From: Lachnospiraceae bacterium
GTDB lineage: Bacteria > Bacillota > Clostridia > Oscillospirales > CAG-272
Assembly (NCBI GenBank): GCA_024404495.1
Contig: JAKSPT010000002.1
Coordinates: 41,410 to 105,409, forward strand
Direction: 5' to 3'
Length of the DNA: 64,000 nucleotides
The notes beneath the pieces were generated by a model. That model ran no database searches. It saw only the letters and a list, made by a program, of their open reading frames with translations, and had not been told where the DNA came from. This document shows, in pieces, positions 9,215-18,281 of the stretch (the first letter of the stretch is position 1; every line of letters starts with the position of its first letter). A program made the translations under genes and the position numbers.

Positions 9215-10405
9215 ATGCTGGCAATTCACGGCGGGGAACCGCTGAAAAAGGATGGATTTCCCGGTTGGCCCCGGACAGGAGAAATCGACCGGGAGATGCT
9301 TTCCCGTGCCGTTTCGGCGATGGGAAAAAGCAATTACCGCGCACAGTTTGAGGAGAGGTTTGCCCGGGACTGTGGCGTGAAGCATTGCTTTGCCGTGGCG
9401 AACGGGACCGTTTCGCTTGAAATGATTCTGCGGGCGATGGAAATCGGTTACGGAGACGAGGTCATTCTGCCCCCATACACTTTCGTTGCCACGCTCTCTT
9501 CGATCATCTTCGCGGGAGCCACTCCGGTTTTCGCGGATATTGATGAAGGAACTTATAATCTTTCTCACGAAACGCTCGAGGAAAAGATCACGCCGAAAAC
9601 GCGAGCCATTATCGCGGTCGCCGTCGCGGGCTGCCCGCCGAAGCTTGACGAGCTGAGCGCGATTGCGAAAAAGCACGGCGTAAAGCTGATCATCGACGCG
9701 GCGCAGGCGGTAGGCGCGGTGTGGAACGGAAAGAATATCTGCGCGTGGGGGGATGCCGCCTCGGTATCCTGCCAGAATTCCAAAAACCTGACCTGCGGCG
9801 AGGGCGGGATTATCACAACCGATGATGACGGTCTTGCCGAAAAGCTCACCCTGATTCTGCACGGAGGCAAAAAGGACGGCTGCTATATTTCAGCGGCACA
9901 GGATCACAATCTCAGCGAGTTGCAGGCGGCGGTTCTGCTTTCCCAGTATGAAAAACTGGAAGAGGAAATGTATCTGCGCGAGAAAAACGCGGCGTATCTT
10001 GCCGGGCGTCTGAAGGACCTTCCGTTTGCATCTCCCGCTGATTACGATCCGCGGATCGGCAGACACGCTTACCATCTGTTCCTCATCCGCCTCCGTTCGG
10101 AGGTCCTCGCCTCGCGCGGACTTGACAGGAACACCTTCCTGAACGCGCTCAACGCGGAGGGGATCCCGCTCTGCGCGGGTTACAGTCCGCTTTATGCGTT
10201 TCCGTGCGTGACTGCGCCGGAAACCGAGCGGATCATCGGCACGAAAATCGACGTGACGCCGCTTCCGAACGCGGAAAAAGCGGGGTATGAGGAGGGAACC
10301 TGGCTGTATCAGGCTTGCCTGCTCGGAACCCGGAAGGATATGGATGATATCGCAGACGCGATGCTGAAGGTCTGGGAGCACGCGGACGAGCTGAACGGCA
10401 AGTGA
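9215..10405 (+). CDS. DegT/DnrJ/EryC1/StrS-family PLP-dependent aminotransferase (amino-sugar)
   Basis: Fold-type I aminotransferase pattern with the conserved Lys region SCQNSKNLTCGEGG. Confidence 0.7.
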   Translation: MLAIHGGEPLKKDGFPGWPRTGEIDREMLSRAVSAMGKSNYRAQFEERFARDCGVKHCFAVANGTVSLEMILRAMEIGYGDEVILPPYTFVATLSSIIFAGATPVFADIDEGTYNLSHETLEEKITPKTRAIIAVAVAGCPPKLDELSAIAKKHGVKLIIDAAQAVGAVWNGKNICAWGDAASVSCQNSKNLTCGEGGIITTDDDGLAEKLTLILHGGKKDGCYISAAQDHNLSELQAAVLLSQYEKLEEEMYLREKNAAYLAGRLKDLPFASPADYDPRIGRHAYHLFLIRLRSEVLASRGLDRNTFLNALNAEGIPLCAGYSPLYAFPCVTAPETERIIGTKIDVTPLPNAEKAGYEEGTWLYQACLLGTRKDMDDIADAMLKVWEHADELNGK

Positions 10406-10418
10406 GGAGGAACGGAAC

Positions 10419-11234
10419 ATGACGGAAAAACTGATAAACAGAGAGCTTGAGATTCTTGCCTCGGGCGGCTGGGGCACCATCAATCCCCATTCGGTCTCGG
10501 CGGCCGCCGCGCTCGCCGGATACGTCGGTGCGGAATACGGTCTCCTTTGCCATAGTGCCGATTCCGCATACGAGGCACTCCTGCGACAGTTCGGCGCCGC
10601 GCACGGCGATGCGATCGTTGCGGGGGAGATCAGTCTGCCCTCCGATTCCCTGGTCGCGCTGATCACCGGCGCAAAAACAATCTTTGCCCCGGTCTGCGAA
10701 CGGTGCGGTATGATCCGTCCGAAGGGGCTTGCGGAGATCCTGACGGAGAACAAAAACGTGAAATGCGTCGTTCTCGATATCGTTCCGGAAACGCTGGAGG
10801 AATATAAGCTCGACAAGATTTTTGCGATTACCCGTGAGTACGGCGTCGGGCTGATTCTGAACGCCGGAGGTGCCTTTTCGGCAAAGTGGAACGGAACGCC
10901 GCTCGTGAAACTGTGCGATGCGGTGCTGTACTCCTGCGAAGAAGGAAGCGAGATTTTCTGCGTCAAGGGCGGCTTCATTGCGACCGACGCGGAACCGGTA
11001 TATTCGGGTGCTTTCGCCTATCACAACTGCGGGCGCAGCTTTGGAGAGGGCTGCTCGTTGGATATCGACGGCATCGTTGGCGGCGATTTCCGTGTGACGG
11101 AGTTTACCGCAGTGATCGCGGAGGAAATCCTGGAAAGCGGACACTTTTCCGCGTTTGTCCCCGGTAAACGGGAAAAGATGGCGGATCAACCGGTCTTTTC
11201 ATCCGACTACGCGATAAAAATGACCGGAAACTGA
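10419..11234 (+). CDS. Truncated DegT-like paralogue (271 aa, lacks the N-terminal ~100 aa)
   Basis: Similar to the C-terminal two thirds of the upstream DegT gene (SCEEGSEIFCVKGG). Confidence 0.45.
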   Translation: MTEKLINRELEILASGGWGTINPHSVSAAAALAGYVGAEYGLLCHSADSAYEALLRQFGAAHGDAIVAGEISLPSDSLVALITGAKTIFAPVCERCGMIRPKGLAEILTENKNVKCVVLDIVPETLEEYKLDKIFAITREYGVGLILNAGGAFSAKWNGTPLVKLCDAVLYSCEEGSEIFCVKGGFIATDAEPVYSGAFAYHNCGRSFGEGCSLDIDGIVGGDFRVTEFTAVIAEEILESGHFSAFVPGKREKMADQPVFSSDYAIKMTGN

Positions 11235-11322
11235 CCGTTTCGGTCACAAAAACCAACGGAACGCTTTCCGGTCGGAAAGCGTTCCGTTTTTGATTGATTA
11301 CTTTGAAATACCGCACCCGTCT

Positions 11323-12066
11323 TTATACCCGCAGTCCTTTTTCTTCGAGATACGCGATCAGCGGTCTCGGGTCGTTCGCGGTGATGAGGGACGCGCCGTG
11401 GGTGACGCAGAAATCCACGTCCTCGGTCGTGTCGGCGCAGTAGAAGTGCATCGGAAGCCCCTTTTTCCGGTAAATCTCCAGAATCTCCGACCGGACGTAT
11501 TTCATTTCGAGCCCGATCTCGTCGTAATCGTCGTAGGAGGTGAACTCGCGCATCAGAAAATCGGGATAGCCCATCGTGCGCGCGCCGTACTTCCTTTTAA
11601 GATAGCTGATGATCCGCCCGTTGAAGGCGTAGAACCAGCAGCGGTCGAAAATCCCGTACTTTTTGAGGAGCGCGACCGAAAGATCGACCGTTTCCTCGGT
11701 GTATTCCTTGATCTCGACGCCGAGGGACATCCCGGGATTCTTCTCCCTGACCAATTCAAGCAGCTCTTCGAGCGTCGGGACCCTGACCTGCCCCGCGAAC
11801 CGGTCGCCGAATTTCGCGCGGAAGCAGGGATCGAGCATCTTGATCTCCTCCAGCGTCATATCCCGCAGGTGCCGCGGCTCCCCGCCGCAGGTGCGGCTGA
11901 CGTTCCCGTCGTGCATCAGCACGGGAACCTTGTCCTTCGAGAGCCAGATATCGAACTCGAAGGCGTCCGCGCCGAGCTCGATCGCCTTTTCGTAGGAAAG
12001 AAGCGTGTTTTCGGGATACAGTGCGCAGAAGCCTCTGTGTCCTTCGACGTAAATTCCGTTTTTCAT
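11323..12066 (-). CDS. Glycerophosphodiester phosphodiesterase (GDPD family)
   Basis: VEGHRGFCALYPENTLLSYEKAIELGADAFEFDIWLSKDKVPVLMHD is the GDPD catalytic signature (HRG...E.D). Confidence 0.8.
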   Translation of the reverse strand: MKNGIYVEGHRGFCALYPENTLLSYEKAIELGADAFEFDIWLSKDKVPVLMHDGNVSRTCGGEPRHLRDMTLEEIKMLDPCFRAKFGDRFAGQVRVPTLEELLELVREKNPGMSLGVEIKEYTEETVDLSVALLKKYGIFDRCWFYAFNGRIISYLKRKYGARTMGYPDFLMREFTSYDDYDEIGLEMKYVRSEILEIYRKKGLPMHFYCADTTEDVDFCVTHGASLITANDPRPLIAYLEEKGLRV

Positions 12067-12198
12067 GCCAAAGCCTCTCTTTCGGATCCTTTTTTTCCAT
12101 TATAATCCCGAAATGTGAACGATTCTGCCTTCCGTTCCGACCGACGAAGCGTAATCGGCCGCGTTTTTTCTTTTCGGGAACGGCTTTTGAAAACCGAC

Positions 12199-12227
12199 TT
12201 GTCAAAAGCCGTCGGATATGATACAAT
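12199..12227 (+). promoter_or_regulatory. Sigma70-type promoter for the hydrolase gene
   Basis: TTGTCA (12199-12204), 17-nt spacer, TACAAT (12222-12227). Confidence 0.55.
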
Positions 12228-12300
12228 AATGGAAGAAAAAGGGGCATCCGTGCGTTTTCCGCCGCTTTTTTACGGATTTCACAAAAAGGAGAAACCGAAA

Positions 12301-14535
12301 ATGACCGGGAAAAGAGTGCTTTTCATCGTATTGACCGCGGTGATCCTGATCGCTTCGCTGTCGTGGTACGCGCAGCCCGCCGCCGCTGCCGGGGCGTATC
12401 CGACCGACTTTGACAGTATGCTTGCGCGCGCGGAGGCGATTATCAATTATAAGTGGACCCCGCCCGTCGATATCGCGACGTGGAACAACAGCACCTACAA
12501 CGGCGCCAAGGTCTTCCGCAAGGGCTCAACGGTGACCGGAATGCCCTATTCTCTGTTCGTGTACGAGCTGGGGTTTGATTCCCTGCTGTCTCTGGCACAG
12601 TATAAGAAGATCGTGAACTCCAACTACTCGACCACGAAATACTGCGTCAGCGTCAGCGCCGACAGGACCGGTCCCGCCTACGGCTCCTGCTGCGCCACCT
12701 TCGTCAGCGAGGTGTTCGGCGGCGACTTCATGAACGGGGACAATCCGAGATACGACAGCGTCCTCAAAATCAAGGAGAGCCCGTATTCCTATACCTTTAC
12801 CGGAACGGTCGACAAGATCAAGCCGGGCGACGCGCTCAGCACGTCGAACAACGGGCACATCATCTGGGTGGGCGGCGTTTCTTCGACCTCTCTGACGATC
12901 TACGAGCAGACCCCTCCCGTCGCGAGAAAACGGACGGTGAGCAAAACCTCCGTTGACGGGAGCGGATATCTGATCTACAACGGTTCGACTTATAAAACCG
13001 TCTCGCGCCCTGCCGGAAACGGCGGGAATACCGACTGCGAATGCTCGACCGCCTATGCCGGGACCTACGTCTGCACGACGAACAGCGGCGATCTGAATAT
13101 CCGCGCCGGGCACGGCTCCTCCTACGGGATCGTGGGCGTCATTCCTCACGGCGCGGAGGTCACCGTGACGAAGGCGAGCGGATCGGGCACCGGCGATTGG
13201 GCGCACGTCTCCTATAACGGCATCACGGGCTGCGCCTCGATGAAATATCTGACGAAGAAAAACGACGCGCCGGCAGACTGCGGCTGCTCGGATTCCTACG
13301 CCGGGACCTACGTCTGCACGACGAGCAGCGAGGATCTGAACATCCGCGCAGGGCACGGCTCCTCCTATCCAATCGTCGGCACCATCCCGCGCGGCGCGGT
13401 CGTCACCGTGACGAAGGCGAGCGGGGAAGGGAGCGGGAACTGGGCGCACGTCACCTATAACGGCGTTTCCGGGTTCGCGTCGATGGGCTATCTGAAGAAG
13501 CAGAGCGGCGCGGTCTGCGAGCATCGGTTTACCGCGGCGGCAGAAAAGCCGGAGGCGCTGAAATCGGCGGGGAACTGCCGCGACGGGGCGGTATATTACT
13601 ATTCCTGCTCTGTCTGCGGCGCCGTGGAAAAGAACGATTCCAACACCTTTACCGGAGGCAAAAACCCCTCCGTCCACGTCGGCGGCACGAAAGTCGTCAA
13701 CGCGAAGGAAGCCGACCACAAGAATCAAACCGACGGATATACCGGGGACACGGAATGCCTCGGATGCGGCGCGATCCTCTCCCGGGGCACCGTGATCCCG
13801 TCCGGAGCGCACGTTTCCTCGGGGGAGAACGCGGCGACCTGCTGCAAAAAAGCGGTCTGCGATCTCTGCGGCGAAGAGTACGGAGACCTTCTGCCGCACG
13901 AATACGGAACCGGGTATTCGTCCGACGCCTCCGGGCACTGGCACGCCTGTACGACCGGGGGCTGCACGGAAAAGAGCGGCTTTGAAGCCCATACGCCCGA
14001 CCGCGCCGGGGACGACGGAAGCGCGGTCCGGTGCGGCGTTTGCGGCTTCGTCATCAGGGAAGGGCACGAACACGATCTGAAGAAAACCGACGCCGTTCCG
14101 CCCTCCTGCGAAAAAAGCGGGACCGAAGCCTGTTGGACCTGCGCCGGATGCGGAAAGCTGTTTGCCGACGAAGCGGGAACCGAAGAGATCGGCGCGCCCG
14201 TTACGGTCCCCGCCCTCGGACACGATTTCGGCGAATGGAAAGTGACGAAGGAAGCGACCGCAGACGAAACGGGGCTTTCGGAGCGCGTCTGCTCCCGCTG
14301 CTCCGAAAAGGAGACCGGGATCCTTCCGAAAAAGGAAGCGCCCGTCACGGAGGAAACGACCCTCCCGGGCGACACCTCCGCGCCGGAGGGCACCGGGGAG
14401 AGCGGCGCGAAGAAAGAGGACGAAAGCCGTCTTCCCGGCTGGGTCCTGCCCTCGGCGATCGGCGCTGCCGTTCTCGCCGCGATCGCGATCACGGCCGCCG
14501 TGCTGACCGGAAAGAAAAAGGCAAAGAAGCGATAA
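12301..14535 (+). CDS. Secreted, membrane-anchored cell-wall hydrolase-like protein: CHAP/NlpC-like amidase domain, two SH3b domains, a Cys-rich CxxC repeat region and a C-terminal TM anchor
   Basis: Signal peptide MTGKRVLFIVLTAVILIASLSWYAQPAAAAGA; CHAP-like YGSCCATFVSEVFG...GHIIWVGG; two SH3b repeats (LNIRAGHGSSY..VGVIPHGAEVTVT...WAHVSYNG); repeated CxxC motifs; hydrophobic C-terminus followed by KKKAKKR. Start trimmed to 12301 (AAGGAGA RBS). Confidence 0.6.
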   Translation: MTGKRVLFIVLTAVILIASLSWYAQPAAAAGAYPTDFDSMLARAEAIINYKWTPPVDIATWNNSTYNGAKVFRKGSTVTGMPYSLFVYELGFDSLLSLAQYKKIVNSNYSTTKYCVSVSADRTGPAYGSCCATFVSEVFGGDFMNGDNPRYDSVLKIKESPYSYTFTGTVDKIKPGDALSTSNNGHIIWVGGVSSTSLTIYEQTPPVARKRTVSKTSVDGSGYLIYNGSTYKTVSRPAGNGGNTDCECSTAYAGTYVCTTNSGDLNIRAGHGSSYGIVGVIPHGAEVTVTKASGSGTGDWAHVSYNGITGCASMKYLTKKNDAPADCGCSDSYAGTYVCTTSSEDLNIRAGHGSSYPIVGTIPRGAVVTVTKASGEGSGNWAHVTYNGVSGFASMGYLKKQSGAVCEHRFTAAAEKPEALKSAGNCRDGAVYYYSCSVCGAVEKNDSNTFTGGKNPSVHVGGTKVVNAKEADHKNQTDGYTGDTECLGCGAILSRGTVIPSGAHVSSGENAATCCKKAVCDLCGEEYGDLLPHEYGTGYSSDASGHWHACTTGGCTEKSGFEAHTPDRAGDDGSAVRCGVCGFVIREGHEHDLKKTDAVPPSCEKSGTEACWTCAGCGKLFADEAGTEEIGAPVTVPALGHDFGEWKVTKEATADETGLSERVCSRCSEKETGILPKKEAPVTEETTLPGDTSAPEGTGESGAKKEDESRLPGWVLPSAIGAAVLAAIAITAAVLTGKKKAKKR

Positions 14536-14575
14536 GGACGCGGAACGACCGTTCTTCCGTCCGAAAAAGATGATC

Positions 14576-14612
14576 CAAAAACCGACGCGGAGCGTTTTCG
14601 CGTCGGTTTTTT
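14576..14612 (+). terminator. Rho-independent terminator
   Basis: aaaccgacgcg-gagcgttttc-gcgtcggttt followed by tttt. Confidence 0.7.
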
Positions 14613-14634
14613 ACTTGAAAAGTCGGCAAAAGCA

Positions 14635-14663
14635 TTGCTTTTCGTACGGAATTCTGCTACAAT
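14635..14663 (+). promoter_or_regulatory. Sigma70-type promoter for the M20 peptidase/YfcC operon
   Basis: TTGCTT (14635-14640), 17-nt spacer, TACAAT (14658-14663). Confidence 0.5.
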
Positions 14664-14725
14664 GGTAACGTGATACTTTAATAAAGGAAAGTTTCGCCGT
14701 TCCAAGGCGGAAAAGAGCAAAAAGT

Positions 14726-16039
14726 ATGGACGAACGTTTGGAAAAGTATATAAACGATCTGTCTCTTTTGATCAATATCCCCACGGTTTCGGACGCTCCG
14801 GTCCCGGACGCGGAGGCGTTTGCCGCGTTCCGGCGGCAGCTCCGGGAGCTGTTCCCGAACGTGTTCCGCGCATTTTCGTATGAGGAATTCCACGGCGCGA
14901 TCCTGCTCTCCCTCGACGGGAAGGGCGGCGATCCGGTCCTTTTTATGTCTCATCACGACGTGGTCTCCGAAAACGGGACGTGGGTCCACGAGCCCTTCCG
15001 GGCGACCGTGGAGGACGGAAAGCTGTACGGCAGAGGGACGCTTGACACCAAGGGGAACCTTTGGGCGATCCTGACCGCGATCGAGGAGCTGCTCGGAGAG
15101 GGATACGTCTTCGGCAGACCGGTCTTTATCGAATCCTCCTGCAACGAGGAAACGACGGGGCAGGGCGCTTACGAGATCTCGCGGGAACTGAAAAAACGCG
15201 GCGTCCGGTTTTCCTTCACGATGGACGAGGGCGGTATGATCGTCTACGATCCGATCGGCGGCGCCGACGGGTACTTCGCGATGGTCGCGACCGGGGAAAA
15301 GGACTGCATCGACCTCGTTTTCACGGCGAGATCGAACGGCGGTCACGCTTCCACCCCGGACAAAAACAATCCGCTTTCCCGCCTCTCCCGCTTTATCGTT
15401 GACGTGGAAAAGCGAGGGCTTTTCAAGCCGAAGCTTGACGACGTGACGGTCGAAACGCTCTCACGGCTGTCCCATAAGATGAAAAACCCGCTTCGCTTCG
15501 TCTTCCGGCACGCGGGAGGGCTCCGTCACCTCCTCGCGCGGGTCATGACGAAATTCTCCCCGACCGCGAATTCGATGGTCAGGACCACCCTCTGTTTCAC
15601 GAGGGCGAAGGGCTCGGATGCCTATAACGTCATCCCGACCGAGGCGTTCGTCACCGGGAATATGCGCCTTTCCCCGCACGACGACAAGGCGGAGGTGCTG
15701 AAAAAGCTCGGTAAGATCGCGGAAAAATACGGTATTGAGATCACCGAGCACGATCCCGGTTATCCGACGGCGGTCTGCGATCACGGCAGTCCCGAATTCC
15801 GGATGCTGGAGGAAACGGTCTCCGAATGCTTCCCCGGCGTCATCACCGCGCCCTATCTCTCGACCGGGGCTTCGGATTCCAAGTATTTCGGCGATCTGAC
15901 CGAAAACGCCTTCCGCTTCGCGCCCTTCACGGTGACCGACGAACAGCTCGACGCGATGCACGCAAGGGAAGAGAATATTGATATTTCCACGCTGATCCCC
16001 GCCGTTGATTTCTATAAAAAACTGATGAGGAAGCTGTAA
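14726..16039 (+). CDS. M20/M25/M40-family metallopeptidase
   Basis: Metal-ligand motifs MSHHDVV and GRGTLDTKGN, plus a dimerisation domain. Confidence 0.75.
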   Translation: MDERLEKYINDLSLLINIPTVSDAPVPDAEAFAAFRRQLRELFPNVFRAFSYEEFHGAILLSLDGKGGDPVLFMSHHDVVSENGTWVHEPFRATVEDGKLYGRGTLDTKGNLWAILTAIEELLGEGYVFGRPVFIESSCNEETTGQGAYEISRELKKRGVRFSFTMDEGGMIVYDPIGGADGYFAMVATGEKDCIDLVFTARSNGGHASTPDKNNPLSRLSRFIVDVEKRGLFKPKLDDVTVETLSRLSHKMKNPLRFVFRHAGGLRHLLARVMTKFSPTANSMVRTTLCFTRAKGSDAYNVIPTEAFVTGNMRLSPHDDKAEVLKKLGKIAEKYGIEITEHDPGYPTAVCDHGSPEFRMLEETVSECFPGVITAPYLSTGASDSKYFGDLTENAFRFAPFTVTDEQLDAMHAREENIDISTLIPAVDFYKKLMRKL

Positions 16040-16041
16040 TT

Positions 16042-17418
16042 ATGGAAGAAAAGAAAAACAAACTCGAGTCGATCAGTCTGAAATCCTATCTTTCCAGTAT
16101 CATCATCATCCTTTGTCTGATGATCGCGACCTACGCCCTGACCTTCGTGATGCCCGCGGGGCAGTACGTAAACGAGCAGTATCACGTGCTCGAGGACGTC
16201 AGCTTTCCGTTTTACAGGTTCCTTTTGTCCCCGATCCTCGTCCTCGGCAGCGACGGCAACACGCTGCTGATCGCCATCCTCGTTTTTCTGCTCGTCATCG
16301 GCGGGGTGTTCGAGGCGCTGACAAGATGCAATTTTATGGAATATCTGCTGAAAAAGCTCGTCAAAAAGTTTTATAAGAGAAGATATTCCATCATCTACGT
16401 GATCGTTCTGTTCTTTATGCTGCTCGGATCGTTCGTCGGGTCGTTTGAGGAAGTGATCCCGATGATCCCGTTCGTCTGCGCGCTCTGCGTTTCGCTCGGG
16501 TTCGACAATATGATCGGGCTCGGCATCAGCCTGCTCGCGGTCGGCGGCGGCTTCGCCTCCGGCATCATGAATCCGTTCACGGTCGGCATCGCGCAGCAGA
16601 TCGCCGAGGTGCCGCTCTTCTCGGGCGCATGGATGCGCATCCTGACCTTCGGGGTGATCTATCTCCTGCTGACGACCTTCCTTCTGAACCGCGCAAAGCG
16701 GGTCGAAAAGCAGAACGGCGCGGCGGTGAAGGAATTCGAGGTCGATTTCGTAAAGGGCAAAAACCTCGACCGCGCGGTGCTGCTCTTCGGGCTGATCCTC
16801 GGGACCGGGCTGCTCCTCTGCGTGGCGTCTGCCGTGATCACGGTCTTGCAGGACTACACGCTGATCATCATCGCGCTCTGCTTCCTCGTCGGCGGAATCA
16901 CGGCGTCGCTAACCGCGAAGATGAGCGGTAAAGACCTGCTGAAAGCCTTCGGCAAGGGCGCGTTCATCATGCTGCCGAGCCTCCTGCTGATCCTGCTTGC
17001 CTCGTCGATCAAATTTATCCTCGTCGAGTCCTGCCGCCTCGATTCGCTCGTTTATCAGCTGATGAAGGTCGCGGGCGGGCTTTCCCCGTATCTGCTGATC
17101 CTCTTTATCTATCTGGTCGTGCTTTTGACCGAGCTGTTCATCGCGAGCGGCAGCGCAAAGGCGTTTTTGCTGATCCCGCTGATCCTTCCGATCGCGTCCG
17201 CCTTCGATATCCCCGCCAATCTCGTCGTGCTCGCCTATATCTTCGGCGACGGCTTCGCGAACTACATTTACCCGACCGACGCCGCGCTGCTCATCTCCCT
17301 CAAGCTGTCCGATTATACCTACGTGAAATATATGAAGGACACGTGGATCTACCATCTGCTTTCCTTCCTTCTCACCTGCGGCATCCTGCTCTTCGGTCTC
17401 GCGGTGGGGTATCATTGA
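16042..17418 (+). CDS. YfcC-family membrane transporter (C4-dicarboxylate anaerobic carrier superfamily)
   Basis: 458-aa polytopic membrane protein; YfcC genes typically pair with M20 peptidases; 2-nt gap to the upstream gene. Confidence 0.65.
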   Translation: MEEKKNKLESISLKSYLSSIIIILCLMIATYALTFVMPAGQYVNEQYHVLEDVSFPFYRFLLSPILVLGSDGNTLLIAILVFLLVIGGVFEALTRCNFMEYLLKKLVKKFYKRRYSIIYVIVLFFMLLGSFVGSFEEVIPMIPFVCALCVSLGFDNMIGLGISLLAVGGGFASGIMNPFTVGIAQQIAEVPLFSGAWMRILTFGVIYLLLTTFLLNRAKRVEKQNGAAVKEFEVDFVKGKNLDRAVLLFGLILGTGLLLCVASAVITVLQDYTLIIIALCFLVGGITASLTAKMSGKDLLKAFGKGAFIMLPSLLLILLASSIKFILVESCRLDSLVYQLMKVAGGLSPYLLILFIYLVVLLTELFIASGSAKAFLLIPLILPIASAFDIPANLVVLAYIFGDGFANYIYPTDAALLISLKLSDYTYVKYMKDTWIYHLLSFLLTCGILLFGLAVGYH

Positions 17419-17427
17419 TCGGTTTTT

Positions 17428-17465
17428 CGTTCCGGGGCTGCGTTTTCGCGTCAGCCCCGGAATTT
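17428..17465 (+). terminator. Rho-independent terminator after yfcC
   Basis: ccggggctg-cgttttcgcgtc-agccccgg followed by aattttt. Confidence 0.6.
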
Positions 17466-17467
17466 TT

Positions 17468-17602
17468 GGCTCTTCATATTTTTTGGTGTGTGAAGGTTTA
17501 TTGTTCTCCTTGATGCCGAAGCATAGCCTGCCGCGCAGAAGGTTCCGGAAGTCCCGCCCTACGAGGCGAATCTTCGGTCAACGGACGAGAATGAGGAAAA
17601 AG
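17468..17602 (-). repeat. Copy E of the GC-hairpin terminal-inverted-repeat element family: internally deleted, inverted orientation
   Basis: The rc of 17468-17602 matches the left arm (cctcattctcgtccgttgaccgaag...cgtagggcggga) fused directly to the right arm (cttccggaaccttctgcgcggcaggctatgcttcggcatcaaggagaacaataaaccttcacacaccaaaaaatatgaagagcc) of copy C (53830-54166). Confidence 0.8.
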
Positions 17603-17720
17603 CACCGATATTTATGAAGAACCAATTTTTATGCGGGTGCGTCATATTTCCTCTTCGGTTATCGACTTATAGGGTGAACGGCAAAGCGCGCACGCCGTTC
17701 GGACGAAAGAAAGGATCATC

Positions 17721-18281
17721 ATGGAAGACGAAGCTATCATCGGAATGCTCTTTGACAGGAACGACGCCGCGCTTCCCGAAATCGCAAAAAAGTACGGGAG
17801 GCTGTATGCCGGCGTTCTTCGCGGGATCCTGAACGAAGAGAGCGATATCGAGGAATGTGCGAACGACGTTCTGCTTTCGGCGTGGAACAGCATCCCGCCG
17901 AACCGACCGGAAAGACTCGCGCCATATCTCTGCACGCTGGCAAAGCGGACCGGGATCGACCGGGTGCGGTACAATACCCGGCAGAAACGGAGCCCCGGCT
18001 TTCTCGTTCTGCTGTCGGAGCTGGGGGAATGTTATCCGGGGGAAGAACCCGCCGCGCCGGACGATACTGCCGGAGAAGTGCTCCGGGACGCGATGAACCG
18101 GTTTTTAAGAGGGCTTGACCCCGCGGAACGGATCCTGTTTTTGCGGCGGTACGTTTACGGCGAATCGCCCGCCTCCCTTGCCGGACGGTTCGGAATGAAG
18201 GAAAACACGGTCTGCGCAAGGCTGTCGAGAACGAGAAAAAAGCTGAAACGCTTCCTGACGAACGAGGAGATCACGATATGA
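17721..18281 (+). CDS. ECF-type RNA polymerase sigma factor (sigma-70 family)
   Basis: Region-2-like DVLLSAWNSIP and region-4 HTH (ESPASLAGRFGMKENTVCARLSRTRKKLKR). Confidence 0.75.
   Translation: MEDEAIIGMLFDRNDAALPEIAKKYGRLYAGVLRGILNEESDIEECANDVLLSAWNSIPPNRPERLAPYLCTLAKRTGIDRVRYNTRQKRSPGFLVLLSELGECYPGEEPAAPDDTAGEVLRDAMNRFLRGLDPAERILFLRRYVYGESPASLAGRFGMKENTVCARLSRTRKKLKRFLTNEEITI

Noticed and set aside
12526-14223. 565-aa minus-strand ORF inside the cell-wall hydrolase gene
   Set aside because: High-GC antisense artefact (Arg/Gly/Ala-rich, no motifs); the plus strand encodes recognisable CHAP and SH3b domains.
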